Shown piece after piece: positions 28,250 through 37,095 of a DNA stretch of 41,459 nucleotides. The DNA comes from a virus (lineage: Duplodnaviria; Caudoviricetes), in the IMG/VR virus record IMGVR_UViG_3300032277_000015, positions 1 through 41,459 of that record; one strand, written 5' to 3'. The notes below the pieces were generated by a model. It saw only the letters and a list, made by a program, of their open reading frames with translations. It was not told where the DNA came from and made no database searches. The translations under genes and the position numbers were made by a program. Position 1 is the stretch's first letter. Every line of letters starts with the position of its first letter.

Positions 28250-30304
28250 TTATTTTAATAATTCTATTTCTGCTTTCAATTCTTGTATTGCTTTAACTAA
28301 AATCGGTACTAGTTTGCCATAACTCATTTCTAATTTTTCCGGGTTTTCGCTATAAACTAATCGCAAAGTATCATTGTCTAGTTCTTTAACTTCTTGAGCT
28401 ATAAAACCAAAATCTTTTTTACCTTTGTTTGCTGAATAAAATTCTACATCTTCATTAACAACTTCTCCGTTTTCATCAATTTCTACTTCTCCGTTTTCAT
28501 CAAAAACTGGTTGTTTTTTTATTTCAACTCTATTGTCCCAAACAAATTCTCTTGGTTGCAAGCTATCAATAAAATCTAATCCGTATTCTAAATCTTTTAT
28601 TTCTGATTTATCTCTCTCATCAGATAAAGATGTAATTGTTGTTACGGCACATCTTAAAGCTGAAACACTTGAATCACCTAAAGTTATCTCATTACTCACA
28701 GTGTTTGCGCTTGGCGCACTAAGTGAACCAATTAAAGTATTATTTACCCCAGAAGTCAAGGTTTCTCCAGCTCGAAATCCTACGCCAGTGTTATAATCAC
28801 CAGAGGTGTTTTGCAAAGTTTGTGTCCCTACTGCTGAACCATAATCACCTCCACCACCACTCGACCTATAACCAACACCAACGCTTTGTGTCATCCCGAA
28901 AAAACCAGCTTCCATACCAATTCTAACACATTGACTTCCAGAACTTGCGTATCTACCAGCCGCTCTACCTACTGAAACATCATAGTTTCTTCCTTTTGCC
29001 ATATTTCCTATCGCAACTGCATCAGTACCATTTGCAAATGCAGAAGTTCCAATGGCTACACTATCATTACCACTAGCTTCGCATTGAGCATTTGTTCCAG
29101 TAAAAGGAGAATCTCCTCCTAAAGCTATTGACAGTGTACCAGAAGCTACCGCAGCGTTTCCAGAGGGAGTTAAGGTTGATACAGAGGCCATTGAATCAGA
29201 ACCTGTTCCAGATACTAATCCAGCTCCACCACCACCAGCAGCAGCTAAAACAATACCTCCTGAAGCAGTGCTATAAGTTAAAACGTGACCATCTGTGCTT
29301 CCTAAACCTGGCATTCTTAATAAATCGTTTGTTGCATTACCTAACGTTATCTCGTTATTAGCACCAGCTGCGCTAGGAGAAGCGTTGTGACCTATTAGAA
29401 TATTATTACCACCTGTAATTAAATTAGTTGAGCCACTGTAGCCAGCGCTAGCTCCAATCAATGTGTTAGAATCTCCACTTAAAGAAGCATATCCAGCTTC
29501 ATAACCAACAACCGTGTTGTGGCTACCTACGTTGACTGCGTATCCAGCTGACCAACCTAAGTATGTGTTTTCAGTGCCAGTAGTTTGAGAATATCCAGCT
29601 TGATGACCTAACGAAACAACACCAGCAGCTTGATTATCTTTAGATGCTTGATAACCTATAAGAGTAGTCTGCTGTGCGTCACTACGTGAGCCAGCTTCAA
29701 AACCAACAGTTGTAGAGCGATCAATAGTACCAGTACAAAATGCGGAAGCGCCGTTACCTATAGCCACAGAATCTTGAGCAGCTGCGCTACCACCCATAGC
29801 TCGGTAGCCAACACTAGTACTTCTATATTTACTACTTGTACTATCTGCAGCTTTATAGCCAATATGCGTACCGCCAAATGCATTACCGTTGGCTTTGCTT
29901 GCTTCAAAACCTATAGCAACAACACCTTGCACTTGAGTAACTGAAGTTTGACTAGCTCCATAGCCTATAATAACGTTCTCATTAGCGTTTGAATTACCGC
30001 TATCACTAGCAAGGGCGTTCACCCCTATAACTACGTTTTCTGTAGCTGTTGTCATAGAATTAGCAGCACCACTACCTATTACAATGTTACCAATAGGATT
30101 ACCAGTTAATCCAGCTGGTATGTTTATAAAATACGCAGAATCCCCGTCTATTAGAACGTCAGTTAGTCCATTTAAGTCGGTAGCACCGCCACCTAAGTTG
30201 CCTGGGTCAATACGAACATTATCCGTTCCATTATATCCTACAACAAACTGTACATTTGCTGGATCTGTTTGTTCTTGAAATTGTGAAAATTTTAAATTTG
30301 CCAT
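28250..30304 (-). CDS. Tail fibre/spike with YadA-head-like G/A-rich repeats and C-terminal intramolecular chaperone (peptidase S74)
   Basis: Many ~14-aa N[TV]x[IVL]GxxA repeats; cleavage motif SDERDK followed by GFIAQEV and YGKLVPILVKAIQELKAEIE coiled coil. Confidence 0.85.
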   Translation of the reverse strand: MANLKFSQFQEQTDPANVQFVVGYNGTDNVRIDPGNLGGGATDLNGLTDVLIDGDSAYFINIPAGLTGNPIGNIVIGSGAANSMTTATENVVIGVNALASDSGNSNANENVIIGYGASQTSVTQVQGVVAIGFEASKANGNAFGGTHIGYKAADSTSSKYRSTSVGYRAMGGSAAAQDSVAIGNGASAFCTGTIDRSTTVGFEAGSRSDAQQTTLIGYQASKDNQAAGVVSLGHQAGYSQTTGTENTYLGWSAGYAVNVGSHNTVVGYEAGYASLSGDSNTLIGASAGYSGSTNLITGGNNILIGHNASPSAAGANNEITLGNATNDLLRMPGLGSTDGHVLTYSTASGGIVLAAAGGGGAGLVSGTGSDSMASVSTLTPSGNAAVASGTLSIALGGDSPFTGTNAQCEASGNDSVAIGTSAFANGTDAVAIGNMAKGRNYDVSVGRAAGRYASSGSQCVRIGMEAGFFGMTQSVGVGYRSSGGGGDYGSAVGTQTLQNTSGDYNTGVGFRAGETLTSGVNNTLIGSLSAPSANTVSNEITLGDSSVSALRCAVTTITSLSDERDKSEIKDLEYGLDFIDSLQPREFVWDNRVEIKKQPVFDENGEVEIDENGEVVNEDVEFYSANKGKKDFGFIAQEVKELDNDTLRLVYSENPEKLEMSYGKLVPILVKAIQELKAEIELLK

Positions 30305-30317
30305 TTATGTGTTTATT

Positions 30318-30476
30318 TTATTGCTGCTCTGTTATAAGAAATGTTGGATTTGCTCCTGACTCGGCTATAAGAAAATCTCCATTTTCCGCTAGTATTTCGA
30401 AAAAAGGAGTTGGGAAACCTGCGTTACCTGTTATGCCTCTAGGTATTGAATTACCTATACCTGTTCCGATTCCCAT
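30318..30476 (-). CDS. 52-aa protein (not in ORF track), possible fibre adaptor
   Basis: Manual translation MGIGTGIGNSIPRGITGNAGFPTPFFEILAENGDFLIAESGANPTFLITEQQ*; fills the gap between two genes. Confidence 0.7.
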   Translation of the reverse strand: MGIGTGIGNSIPRGITGNAGFPTPFFEILAENGDFLIAESGANPTFLITEQQ

Positions 30477-30477
30477 A

Positions 30478-31032
30478 TTATTTTGCTGCTATTAGTTTCT
30501 GGACCGTTGTTGTATCTGTACCGTCGCTAGCTAGTACATAATCTACAGTTACAGGCAAAAATCCACCTGCTTGTAAACCATGAAAAGCAACTGCTTGAGC
30601 CGCGGTTGGTAGTCCAGGTGTAGCTTCTATTCTAAATACAGCATTAGCACCACCTCCTGTTATAGTTATTAAATCTCCATTTAAATAACCTGTTCCAGCT
30701 ACGTTCACTACTACTGTTTGTACAGCCCCACCGATTTGTGTTATATCTACTGTTAAATTAATACCGCTACCTGTAGTTGTTGTAGCAACCCCCGCGGCAT
30801 TTGCATAACCTGTACCTGCTGAGCCTGAATATCCAGGTGAAGAAAAACCATTTATAACACTTGCTCCAACAGTTCCTGCTGGTATAACGACCATTACATC
30901 TCCAGCTGTGGTGTTATCTCCTATGTATATAATAGAAGAATCCAAATTAGTTGCTGAACCAATAGTGTTATCAGGTGTTACTACTTGAAAATTGTTTGTA
31001 GCAAAATCAGGTTGATTACCAAATTGTCCCAT
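30478..31032 (-). CDS. G/T/A-rich beta-strand structural protein
   Basis: AGTGY repeats (SAGTGYAN, VAGTGYLNGDLITITGG) typical of virion appendage proteins; upstream of the fibre. Confidence 0.55.
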   Translation of the reverse strand: MGQFGNQPDFATNNFQVVTPDNTIGSATNLDSSIIYIGDNTTAGDVMVVIPAGTVGASVINGFSSPGYSGSAGTGYANAAGVATTTTGSGINLTVDITQIGGAVQTVVVNVAGTGYLNGDLITITGGGANAVFRIEATPGLPTAAQAVAFHGLQAGGFLPVTVDYVLASDGTDTTTVQKLIAAK

Positions 31033-31042
31033 ATTTTTTTAT

Positions 31043-31495
31043 TTATTTATTACTTATTGATTTATATTTCTCTGCGCCACGTGATCCAAAATAAGCCACA
31101 TATACAGTTGTTGTTAATGTTTTTAATAGATTTATCCACTCTTGCTCTACAGTAAAATCTATATAGCCATGACTATCAACCCATATAAAAGCTATAGTCA
31201 TTATTGTTAGAAATATTAAACTCATTGGTCTAGTGTTTTTACTAAGCCATGAATCTGAAGCCATGTCGCTTTCCCAACGCTTTGATACTTCTTGAGCTTC
31301 AATTATATCTTGCTCTATTAATTTTAAAGCTGTTTCTTTGTCAAGTGGAGGTAAAGATTCATCTTTATTGATTAAATTCTTTACAACACCTAATAAACCC
31401 TTGTCTGGCAACACATCTCCTATTGAATCTAATACTCCAGATTTACCAAGTAGAAACTGACCGACTTTAGTGTCTTTAAATTTTTTTTTAGGCAT
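31043..31495 (-). CDS. Holin (GTA 3TM-holin-like)
   Basis: RWESDMASDSWLSKNTRP, hydrophobic helices and YFGSRGAEK resemble the 3TM holin family signature. Confidence 0.7.
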   Translation of the reverse strand: MPKKKFKDTKVGQFLLGKSGVLDSIGDVLPDKGLLGVVKNLINKDESLPPLDKETALKLIEQDIIEAQEVSKRWESDMASDSWLSKNTRPMSLIFLTIMTIAFIWVDSHGYIDFTVEQEWINLLKTLTTTVYVAYFGSRGAEKYKSISNK

Positions 31496-31796
31496 TCTTA
31501 TAAGCCTCGTCTTCCCAAGGCAGGTTTTTTGCTCCTTCTTTCATTTTAGATCTTGGGTACGTTTTCCCTTTCCAGTATACGTTTTTGTCATCGTAATCTA
31601 GATCACCACGCTTCATTTGGTCTATATGAACCATTTCGTGGTCTATAACATCTTGAGTCTTTGAAGAATCTACCTCTTTATTTATAATAATTGTGCCGTT
31701 GTTATTAGCTTTACCCATAACACCTTCTTCCATATCCACGTGGTATATTGGAGTATTGTTGCAATTGTATGGAGGATTAGAAAGTTTAAAAGCCAT
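31488..31796 (-). CDS. Small zincin-like metallopeptidase
   Basis: GTIIIN strand, HEMVH (HExxH) and downstream PWEDEA. Confidence 0.65.
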   Translation of the reverse strand: MAFKLSNPPYNCNNTPIYHVDMEEGVMGKANNNGTIIINKEVDSSKTQDVIDHEMVHIDQMKRGDLDYDDKNVYWKGKTYPRSKMKEGAKNLPWEDEAYKNA

Positions 31797-31798
31797 GT

Positions 31799-31954
31799 TT
31801 ATTTTTTATAAGGAAATATTTTGTTTAATGCTCCTTTTCTAGCAGCACAACCACAAGGGACATTTAGCCCCTTGCTCATTGTGTCTACCATTTTCTTGAT
31901 ACCAGTAGCTTTAGTAAACTTCTCTACGCTGTCTCCTAAACCTGTTGATTTCAT
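31799..31954 (-). CDS. 51-aa protein with GLGD...CGCxxR motif (not in ORF track)
   Basis: Manual translation MKSTGLGDSVEKFTKATGIKKMVDTMSKGLNVPCGCAARKGALNKIFPYKK*; fills the intergenic gap. Confidence 0.75.
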   Translation of the reverse strand: MKSTGLGDSVEKFTKATGIKKMVDTMSKGLNVPCGCAARKGALNKIFPYKK

Positions 31955-31957
31955 AAA

Positions 31958-32362
31958 TTACGGAGTGTAAATACAAGTTGTGTACTGCGCAAAAGTTGCA
32001 GGTTGTGTAATAACAACACGCCCTGAAGCTCCTGATTGAGCAGCTGGTACTTGCAATAAAGCTGGTACTGCACCTAATGTAGATACTACACCTCCTGGAT
32101 TAGCTGTTAAAGCCGCGTTGATTGCATTTGTTACATCTAATTCTCTTGAAGCTGATGTAGCTCCTCCGCCTGCGCCACCTGTTACACCTGGTAAAGCTAT
32201 TGTGTAAAGTGAAGTTGCAGTAGAATCTGTTTTTAATATTACTGTTGTAACGTTTGCTGCGTTTGTCACAGACTGAATTCCTGCAATTTTATCAATTGCG
32301 ATTAATGTTTCAATGCCATCTCCTGCTACAGGACCTGCATTTACTTTTAAAAAATTTGCCAT
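31958..32362 (-). CDS. A/T/G-rich protein, probable virion structural/decoration protein
   Basis: ORF track; composition only. Confidence 0.45.
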   Translation of the reverse strand: MANFLKVNAGPVAGDGIETLIAIDKIAGIQSVTNAANVTTVILKTDSTATSLYTIALPGVTGGAGGGATSASRELDVTNAINAALTANPGGVVSTLGAVPALLQVPAAQSGASGRVVITQPATFAQYTTCIYTP

Positions 32363-32428
32363 TTTTGTTAGTGTTTAAGTTAGTGTTAGTGTTAGTGTTT
32401 GGCTAAGGTTTATACAGTCCTTTCTGTT

Positions 32429-32797
32429 TTATTTCATAAAGTCTTTTTTACCTGGCTTGGTTTTTGACTTATCTCCTTTGTTTCCACCTAATACAACTTT
32501 GTCGTATTTTTTCATAGGACTGTGACCCATTTGCATTGCAGATGCTTTGTCATCAACAGGCATATCTTGCATCAAGTTTTTCTTTTCTTGCTTAATGGAT
32601 TCCATTTTCATAGGTGAATGACCCGCATGCATAGCTGATTTTGAATGTTTTGACATCCAAGAACCCTGCATTTTCATAGGTGATTTTACTTGTTGTCCAT
32701 AACCTTTATTAAGGTTTTTCATTGCAGACCCTTCATGACCCATTTTCATTGCTGAATCTTTGTGTCCCATTTTAGCGGGTGATTTTCCGTAAGGCAT
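32429..32797 (-). CDS. K/M/H-rich low-complexity protein with S[PA]xKM repeats
   Basis: SPAKMGH, SAMKMGH, SPMKM x2, SPMKK. Confidence 0.7.
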   Translation of the reverse strand: MPYGKSPAKMGHKDSAMKMGHEGSAMKNLNKGYGQQVKSPMKMQGSWMSKHSKSAMHAGHSPMKMESIKQEKKNLMQDMPVDDKASAMQMGHSPMKKYDKVVLGGNKGDKSKTKPGKKDFMK

Positions 32798-32815
32798 AAT
32801 TGTGTTTTTAGTTAG

Positions 32816-33058
32816 TTAGTGTTTTTTTTCGTCGTATTTTAAGTCACCAGCTAATCTTGAAATATGCTTTTCGTCAGCTGTCATTTTTTCATCGCTATGA
32901 CCGTGTTTATTGTCATATAATATATCTTCTTTAAGATACTTCATATGCGCTTCATCATCTTTTTTAGTAGCATCGTAATTACTACTTGTTACTTTTGTAT
33001 GAGCGTGTGAAAACTTAGAGTTTCCACTATAGTAACCATAGTGTCCTTTGTGTTTCAT
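32816..33058 (-). CDS. His/Lys/Asp-rich small protein
   Basis: ORF track, 80 aa. Confidence 0.65.
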   Translation of the reverse strand: MKHKGHYGYYSGNSKFSHAHTKVTSSNYDATKKDDEAHMKYLKEDILYDNKHGHSDEKMTADEKHISRLAGDLKYDEKKH

Positions 33059-33064
33059 AGTTAA

Positions 33065-33634
33065 TTATTTTTCATATTGTTCTCCTACATTCATCCAATC
33101 TCCCAAAATGGTTTCGCTATCAGTAGTAAACCCTTTTTGTTCTTGATCTTGATATAGTGTTCTGTCTCTATATTTACCTTCTTTTTTACGTATGTATTCT
33201 TTTATAGTTGTAGTACCTTCAGGGTCTCTAGCAAAACCAGGTTCAAAGCTTGCTAAATACTTTTTTTTGTCTTTTTCTATTTTTTCAACTTTAGCTCCAG
33301 GGATAGTTGTTTTTAAAGTTTGCTTATTCGTAAAATCTTTACGGTTTTTTAATACAACCTTAGCTGGATCAGGAGTACCACCGCCACCAAACTTAAAATT
33401 GCTTTCTGGTATATTAATACTAGTGTCAATATCTTTGCTTCCAAAATCAAACGTTTTTTTAGTTTCTGGAACCTTAGTTACTTCTTTTTCTTCTTCTTCT
33501 TTTTTCTTTGTTCCTTGCGGTATGTTTATAACACCAGGTTTTGGTGAAACATATTTTATGCCGTCTACTCCAGAGTAATAGTTACCGTTTAATGGAGATT
33601 TAGCTGAAAAGTTTTTTTGAAATGGTGAACTCAT
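33065..33634 (-). CDS. Lys-rich hypothetical protein (MSSPF start)
   Basis: ORF track, 189 aa. Confidence 0.65.
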   Translation of the reverse strand: MSSPFQKNFSAKSPLNGNYYSGVDGIKYVSPKPGVINIPQGTKKKEEEEKEVTKVPETKKTFDFGSKDIDTSINIPESNFKFGGGGTPDPAKVVLKNRKDFTNKQTLKTTIPGAKVEKIEKDKKKYLASFEPGFARDPEGTTTIKEYIRKKEGKYRDRTLYQDQEQKGFTTDSETILGDWMNVGEQYEK

Positions 33635-33637
33635 ATT

Positions 33638-33841
33638 TTATTTATTTGAGCATCCAAAGTTCTTGGCATAATTAGCCATCTTAACAACTTCTTCGCTATA
33701 TTTATCTTTCTTTGACATTACGCTTGAAGCAGCTGAACAAGCGTCTTTAAACCCATTCTTTTTAGCCCAAGCTGTAAACTTACCTTTGTTCTCTTCTTTG
33801 ATTTCAGGAAATGCACCTATTTTATAAAATGGAGAATTCAT
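33638..33841 (-). CDS. Small basic protein (MNSPF start; KGKFTAWAKK ... ANYAKNF)
   Basis: ORF track, 67 aa; stop/start coupled to the upstream gene. Confidence 0.65.
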   Translation of the reverse strand: MNSPFYKIGAFPEIKEENKGKFTAWAKKNGFKDACSAASSVMSKKDKYSEEVVKMANYAKNFGCSNK

Positions 33842-34041
33842 TATTTGTAAACTTTAGCTTTTTGTGTAATTGGTCCAGCTTTATATTCACATGGGTATTT
33901 AGATACTTCCATGCCTGTAATACCTGAGCTTGATCCTGTACCCATTGGAAAACCTGCTTTACTTAGTGGTCCGTCCCATACAGCATTTTCACCTACTTGT
34001 CCTTCTAGCTTTTGATTAGCTAATGTTTTAATGTTTTTCAT
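33841..34041 (-). CDS. Hypothetical protein (66 aa)
   Basis: ORF track; tightly packed in the operon. Confidence 0.65.
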   Translation of the reverse strand: MKNIKTLANQKLEGQVGENAVWDGPLSKAGFPMGTGSSSGITGMEVSKYPCEYKAGPITQKAKVYK

Positions 34042-34044
34042 AAT

Positions 34045-34443
34045 TTATTTTTTATATCCTTCTGTTCTAGCTTTTATAACATCTGCTTGTGTAATTTTTC
34101 CATCTCCAGTTTGATCTTCAAACATAAGTGGAGCTCCTACGGAGTTTTGCATAGTTTGTTGCGTTCCAAAGATTCCTTGAGCGTTTTGTTGCGCTTGCTG
34201 ATTAAAAACCGGCTGTGCCTGCCCCAGAGTGTTAGCTGGAGCGGGTGGTATGTTTGTCATTTGTTGAGCTGGTTGTGCAACTATCTGCTGAGCTGGTTGT
34301 GCAACTATCTGCTGAGCATTCATATTTATACCTGAAGCTTTTGACATTGACTCTGCTATATGATTGGGATCATTACTAGATTGTTTATTTACAAACTCTT
34401 CATCTCCTTTAAACACCCTATTGTCTGTACCTTTTTTTCTCAT
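34045..34443 (-). CDS. Q-rich protein with C-terminal EF-hand/dockerin-like loop
   Basis: QQIVAQPA x2 and DQTGDGKITQAD. Confidence 0.6.
   Translation of the reverse strand: MRKKGTDNRVFKGDEEFVNKQSSNDPNHIAESMSKASGINMNAQQIVAQPAQQIVAQPAQQMTNIPPAPANTLGQAQPVFNQQAQQNAQGIFGTQQTMQNSVGAPLMFEDQTGDGKITQADVIKARTEGYKK
34265..34317. repeat. Exact 24-nt tandem repeat (2.2 copies)
   Basis: TGAGCTGGTTGTGCAACTATCTGC x2 plus TGAGC. Confidence 0.9.
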
Positions 34444-34444
34444 T

Positions 34445-34891
34445 TTATCTGTCTTTATCTTTGTTTACGTTTTTAATAGAAGTTATAAGAACTTTGTCTG
34501 TATACGTCTTACCCTTCATAATACTGTTTCTGTGGTTACTCACAGGTAAATCATCTTTGCCTAGTATAATTCTATACATATGCTTAATAAGATGCTTACA
34601 CTTAAAAGAAGTTTTATATATATGATACTTCTGAGTTGTTCTATTTCTATGTCTCCACACAACTATCCAACCTTCTTTAAGTAACCGATTCCAGCGGCGG
34701 TTATCCCAACTATAGGAATAACTACCAGCTTCGAAATCTTTTTTTGTAAACATATCCATGCAGTCTAAGTAAATTAATAACTCCAGATCAGCATCGTTAA
34801 GGTTGTTGTTTCTGCAAGCCCATTTACGTATTATACGATAATGTTTAAACAGATTCATATTTTTTATATCATCTGCGTCTAGCCTTTTCAT
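34445..34891 (-). CDS. Winged helix-turn-helix (MarR-like) protein
   Basis: LNDADLELLIYL...FTKKDF...RRWNRLLKEGWIVV...IYKTSFK matches the wHTH helix/wing layout. Confidence 0.55.
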   Translation of the reverse strand: MKRLDADDIKNMNLFKHYRIIRKWACRNNNLNDADLELLIYLDCMDMFTKKDFEAGSYSYSWDNRRWNRLLKEGWIVVWRHRNRTTQKYHIYKTSFKCKHLIKHMYRIILGKDDLPVSNHRNSIMKGKTYTDKVLITSIKNVNKDKDR

Positions 34892-35151
34892 AAAACAACA
34901 ACAACATCTTGCGCTTTAATAACGTGATATGTTTTTTTGTCTATCTCTATTTTGTGCCCAGCGTGTCGATCAAAGAAGATTTTATCACCTTCTTTCAATC
35001 CTTCGACTTGTTCACCAGCAGATAATATATCAGCTTCTGTGTAACGTATGTCTTCACGTTGGTTCTCTGCAAGAAGTAAACCACCTTTTGTTTTAGTGGT
35101 TCCTTCTTTTATTTTATTTATTATTAAATTTCTACCTATCGCTTTCATCAA
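34888..35151 (-). CDS. groES: Co-chaperonin GroES
   Basis: Mobile loop TKTKGGLLL, GLKEGDKIFF, YHVIKAQDVV; 87 aa. Confidence 0.9.
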   Translation of the reverse strand: MMKAIGRNLIINKIKEGTTKTKGGLLLAENQREDIRYTEADILSAGEQVEGLKEGDKIFFDRHAGHKIEIDKKTYHVIKAQDVVVVL

Positions 35152-36685
35152 TTCTTAAATTATTGATTACACAATCAGTTGATAATATAGTTGTCGCTAC
35201 TGAAGCTGCGTTCTGAAGAGCGCTCTTGGTAACTAGTAGAGGATCAATAATACCTGAGTTAATCATATTTACCATTTTTCCTGTAACCACATTTAAACCT
35301 CTTCCTTTAGCTTTGGGCAGTTCTACGTCTGTTATTCCAGCGTTTTCTAGTATTGTTTTAAACGGTGCTTTAATTGCTTCTAAAAGCAGCTTTTCACCAT
35401 CTGACCTTGGTACTATACTTTTTGCAGCGTTTAACAGCGCTATACCACCTCCAGGAACGATACCTTCTTTAATAGCAGCTTTTGTAGCGCAGACAGCGTC
35501 TTCGACTCTATCTGTTTTTTCTTTTAATTCAATATCAGAATTAGCACCTACTTTTACAATTGCTATTTTAGCAGCAAGCATTGCTAATCTTTTTTCAAGT
35601 TTAATTACTTTGTGAGCTGGGTTATCTAGTGACAATTGCCTCTTAAGCTCATCTATAATATCTAACACTTCTTGTGAAGCTTCTCCAAATTGAAGTATAG
35701 TTTCTTCGTGAGTTGTAACGCTTTTAAGACATGTACCTAAATGCTCTACTTGGATTAAATCCATATCATCACCTAAGTCTTCGTTTATAATAGTAGCTCC
35801 AGTTAATAAAGCTAAATCATCTAAAACTTCTTTTTTGCTAATACCGTAAGTTGGTGCATTAATTACATTAACTTTAATATTGCCTTTGTTTTTATTCATA
35901 GCTAAAGCAGATAAAACACCTTGTTCTAAATCGCCGATAATCAGCAAAGGTTTATTGTTTTTTATTACATACTCTAGCACTGGTTGTATTTGTCTAATTG
36001 TATCAATAGGTGATTCAACTAACAATACTAATGCATTGTCAAGCTCGGCTGACTTGTTTTGCTTATTTGTTATAAAGTGAGAGTTTGTAAGACCTTTGTC
36101 ATATTGAACACCATCTATAACTTCGACTTCTGTTTTACCCTCTGCTGAGGTTTCCATCATTACAATCCCTGTATTGTCTACAGCTCTAAAAGCGTCAGCT
36201 ATAATGCTACCTAGCTTTGGATCGTTATTTGTAGATATAGTAGCAATTTGATCGATCATACTACCTTCTACAGGTACTGATGCAGATTCTAAGTAAGTGA
36301 TTACTTTTTCTACAGCTTTATTGATACCTTCTTTTAACTCTCTTGAGTTTGTCTTATCTGAAACTTTATAAGCTTCAGTTAATATAGCGTGAGCTAATAC
36401 AGTGGCCGTTGTTGTACCATCACCTGCTTCTCTTACTGTTTTTCTTGCTGCTTCTTTTAAAAGCGTAGCACCCATATTTTCTACTGGGTCTCGCAAGATT
36501 ATTGAATCTGCTACTGTAACACCATCTTTTGTAATGATTGGTTTTCCAGTATGATCCTCAAGCATCACACATTTTCCGCTAGCCCCAAGTGTGGAGCTAA
36601 CAGCTTTTGTGAGCTTTTCTATTCCTTTAAATACATTAACTCTAGCGTCTTCGCCGAAGTTAAGGTTTTTGACAATTGCGTCCAT
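35132..36685 (-). CDS. groEL: Chaperonin GroEL (Cpn60), phage-encoded
   Basis: ITKDGVTVA, AGDGTTTATVLA, RVEDAVCAT, GIVPGGG, GIIDP; 517 aa with no GGM tail. Confidence 0.97.
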   Translation of the reverse strand: MDAIVKNLNFGEDARVNVFKGIEKLTKAVSSTLGASGKCVMLEDHTGKPIITKDGVTVADSIILRDPVENMGATLLKEAARKTVREAGDGTTTATVLAHAILTEAYKVSDKTNSRELKEGINKAVEKVITYLESASVPVEGSMIDQIATISTNNDPKLGSIIADAFRAVDNTGIVMMETSAEGKTEVEVIDGVQYDKGLTNSHFITNKQNKSAELDNALVLLVESPIDTIRQIQPVLEYVIKNNKPLLIIGDLEQGVLSALAMNKNKGNIKVNVINAPTYGISKKEVLDDLALLTGATIINEDLGDDMDLIQVEHLGTCLKSVTTHEETILQFGEASQEVLDIIDELKRQLSLDNPAHKVIKLEKRLAMLAAKIAIVKVGANSDIELKEKTDRVEDAVCATKAAIKEGIVPGGGIALLNAAKSIVPRSDGEKLLLEAIKAPFKTILENAGITDVELPKAKGRGLNVVTGKMVNMINSGIIDPLLVTKSALQNAASVATTILSTDCVINNLRIDESDR

Positions 36686-36717
36686 ATTTGATTTAATTTA
36701 ATTTAATTGAGTGTGGT

Positions 36718-37008
36718 TTATTTAAAGGTTTTTACTACTTTAGGTCCGTCGATAAATTCAACTTTCTTTAAATAGTGCGCTACTGTTTGATCGATAGCTG
36801 TTTCAGCTCCTTCTAAAGTTTCACGCCTGGTTACATCATGCCATGTTTCTGTATCTTTGATGTCTTGGTACTCTGTTTGGTAAAAGCCGTTTACAAGCTG
36901 GACAATTCTCCAGTTTTCTTTATTAGCTATGTGTTTCCATAGTTTAACTTGGCTTTTGCCTGGTTGTGGGTGACTACTCCACGATTCAGTCTGGTAAAAT
37001 AGTGTCAT
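36718..37008 (-). CDS. Hypothetical protein (96 aa)
   Basis: ORF track; A-rich leader. Confidence 0.7.
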   Translation of the reverse strand: MTLFYQTESWSSHPQPGKSQVKLWKHIANKENWRIVQLVNGFYQTEYQDIKDTETWHDVTRRETLEGAETAIDQTVAHYLKKVEFIDGPKVVKTFK

Positions 37009-37095
37009 TGGTTTTGGTTTTAAATTACTATTGGTTATATATTATATACTCACTTGGTTTTAGTGAGTTTTACTTATTCTTATTCTAGCCATTTT

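Noticed and set aside
28250-30304. Diversity-generating retroelement targeting the tail fibre
   Set aside because: No reverse transcriptase and no template/variable repeat pair differing at adenines was seen in the window.
32368-32400. (GTTAGT)n hexamer run, and (TAAAT)n runs at ~7424, ~27942 and ~36690
   Set aside because: Explained as A-rich, unstructured translation leaders on the minus strand, typical of Bacteroidota; no evidence of a separate function.
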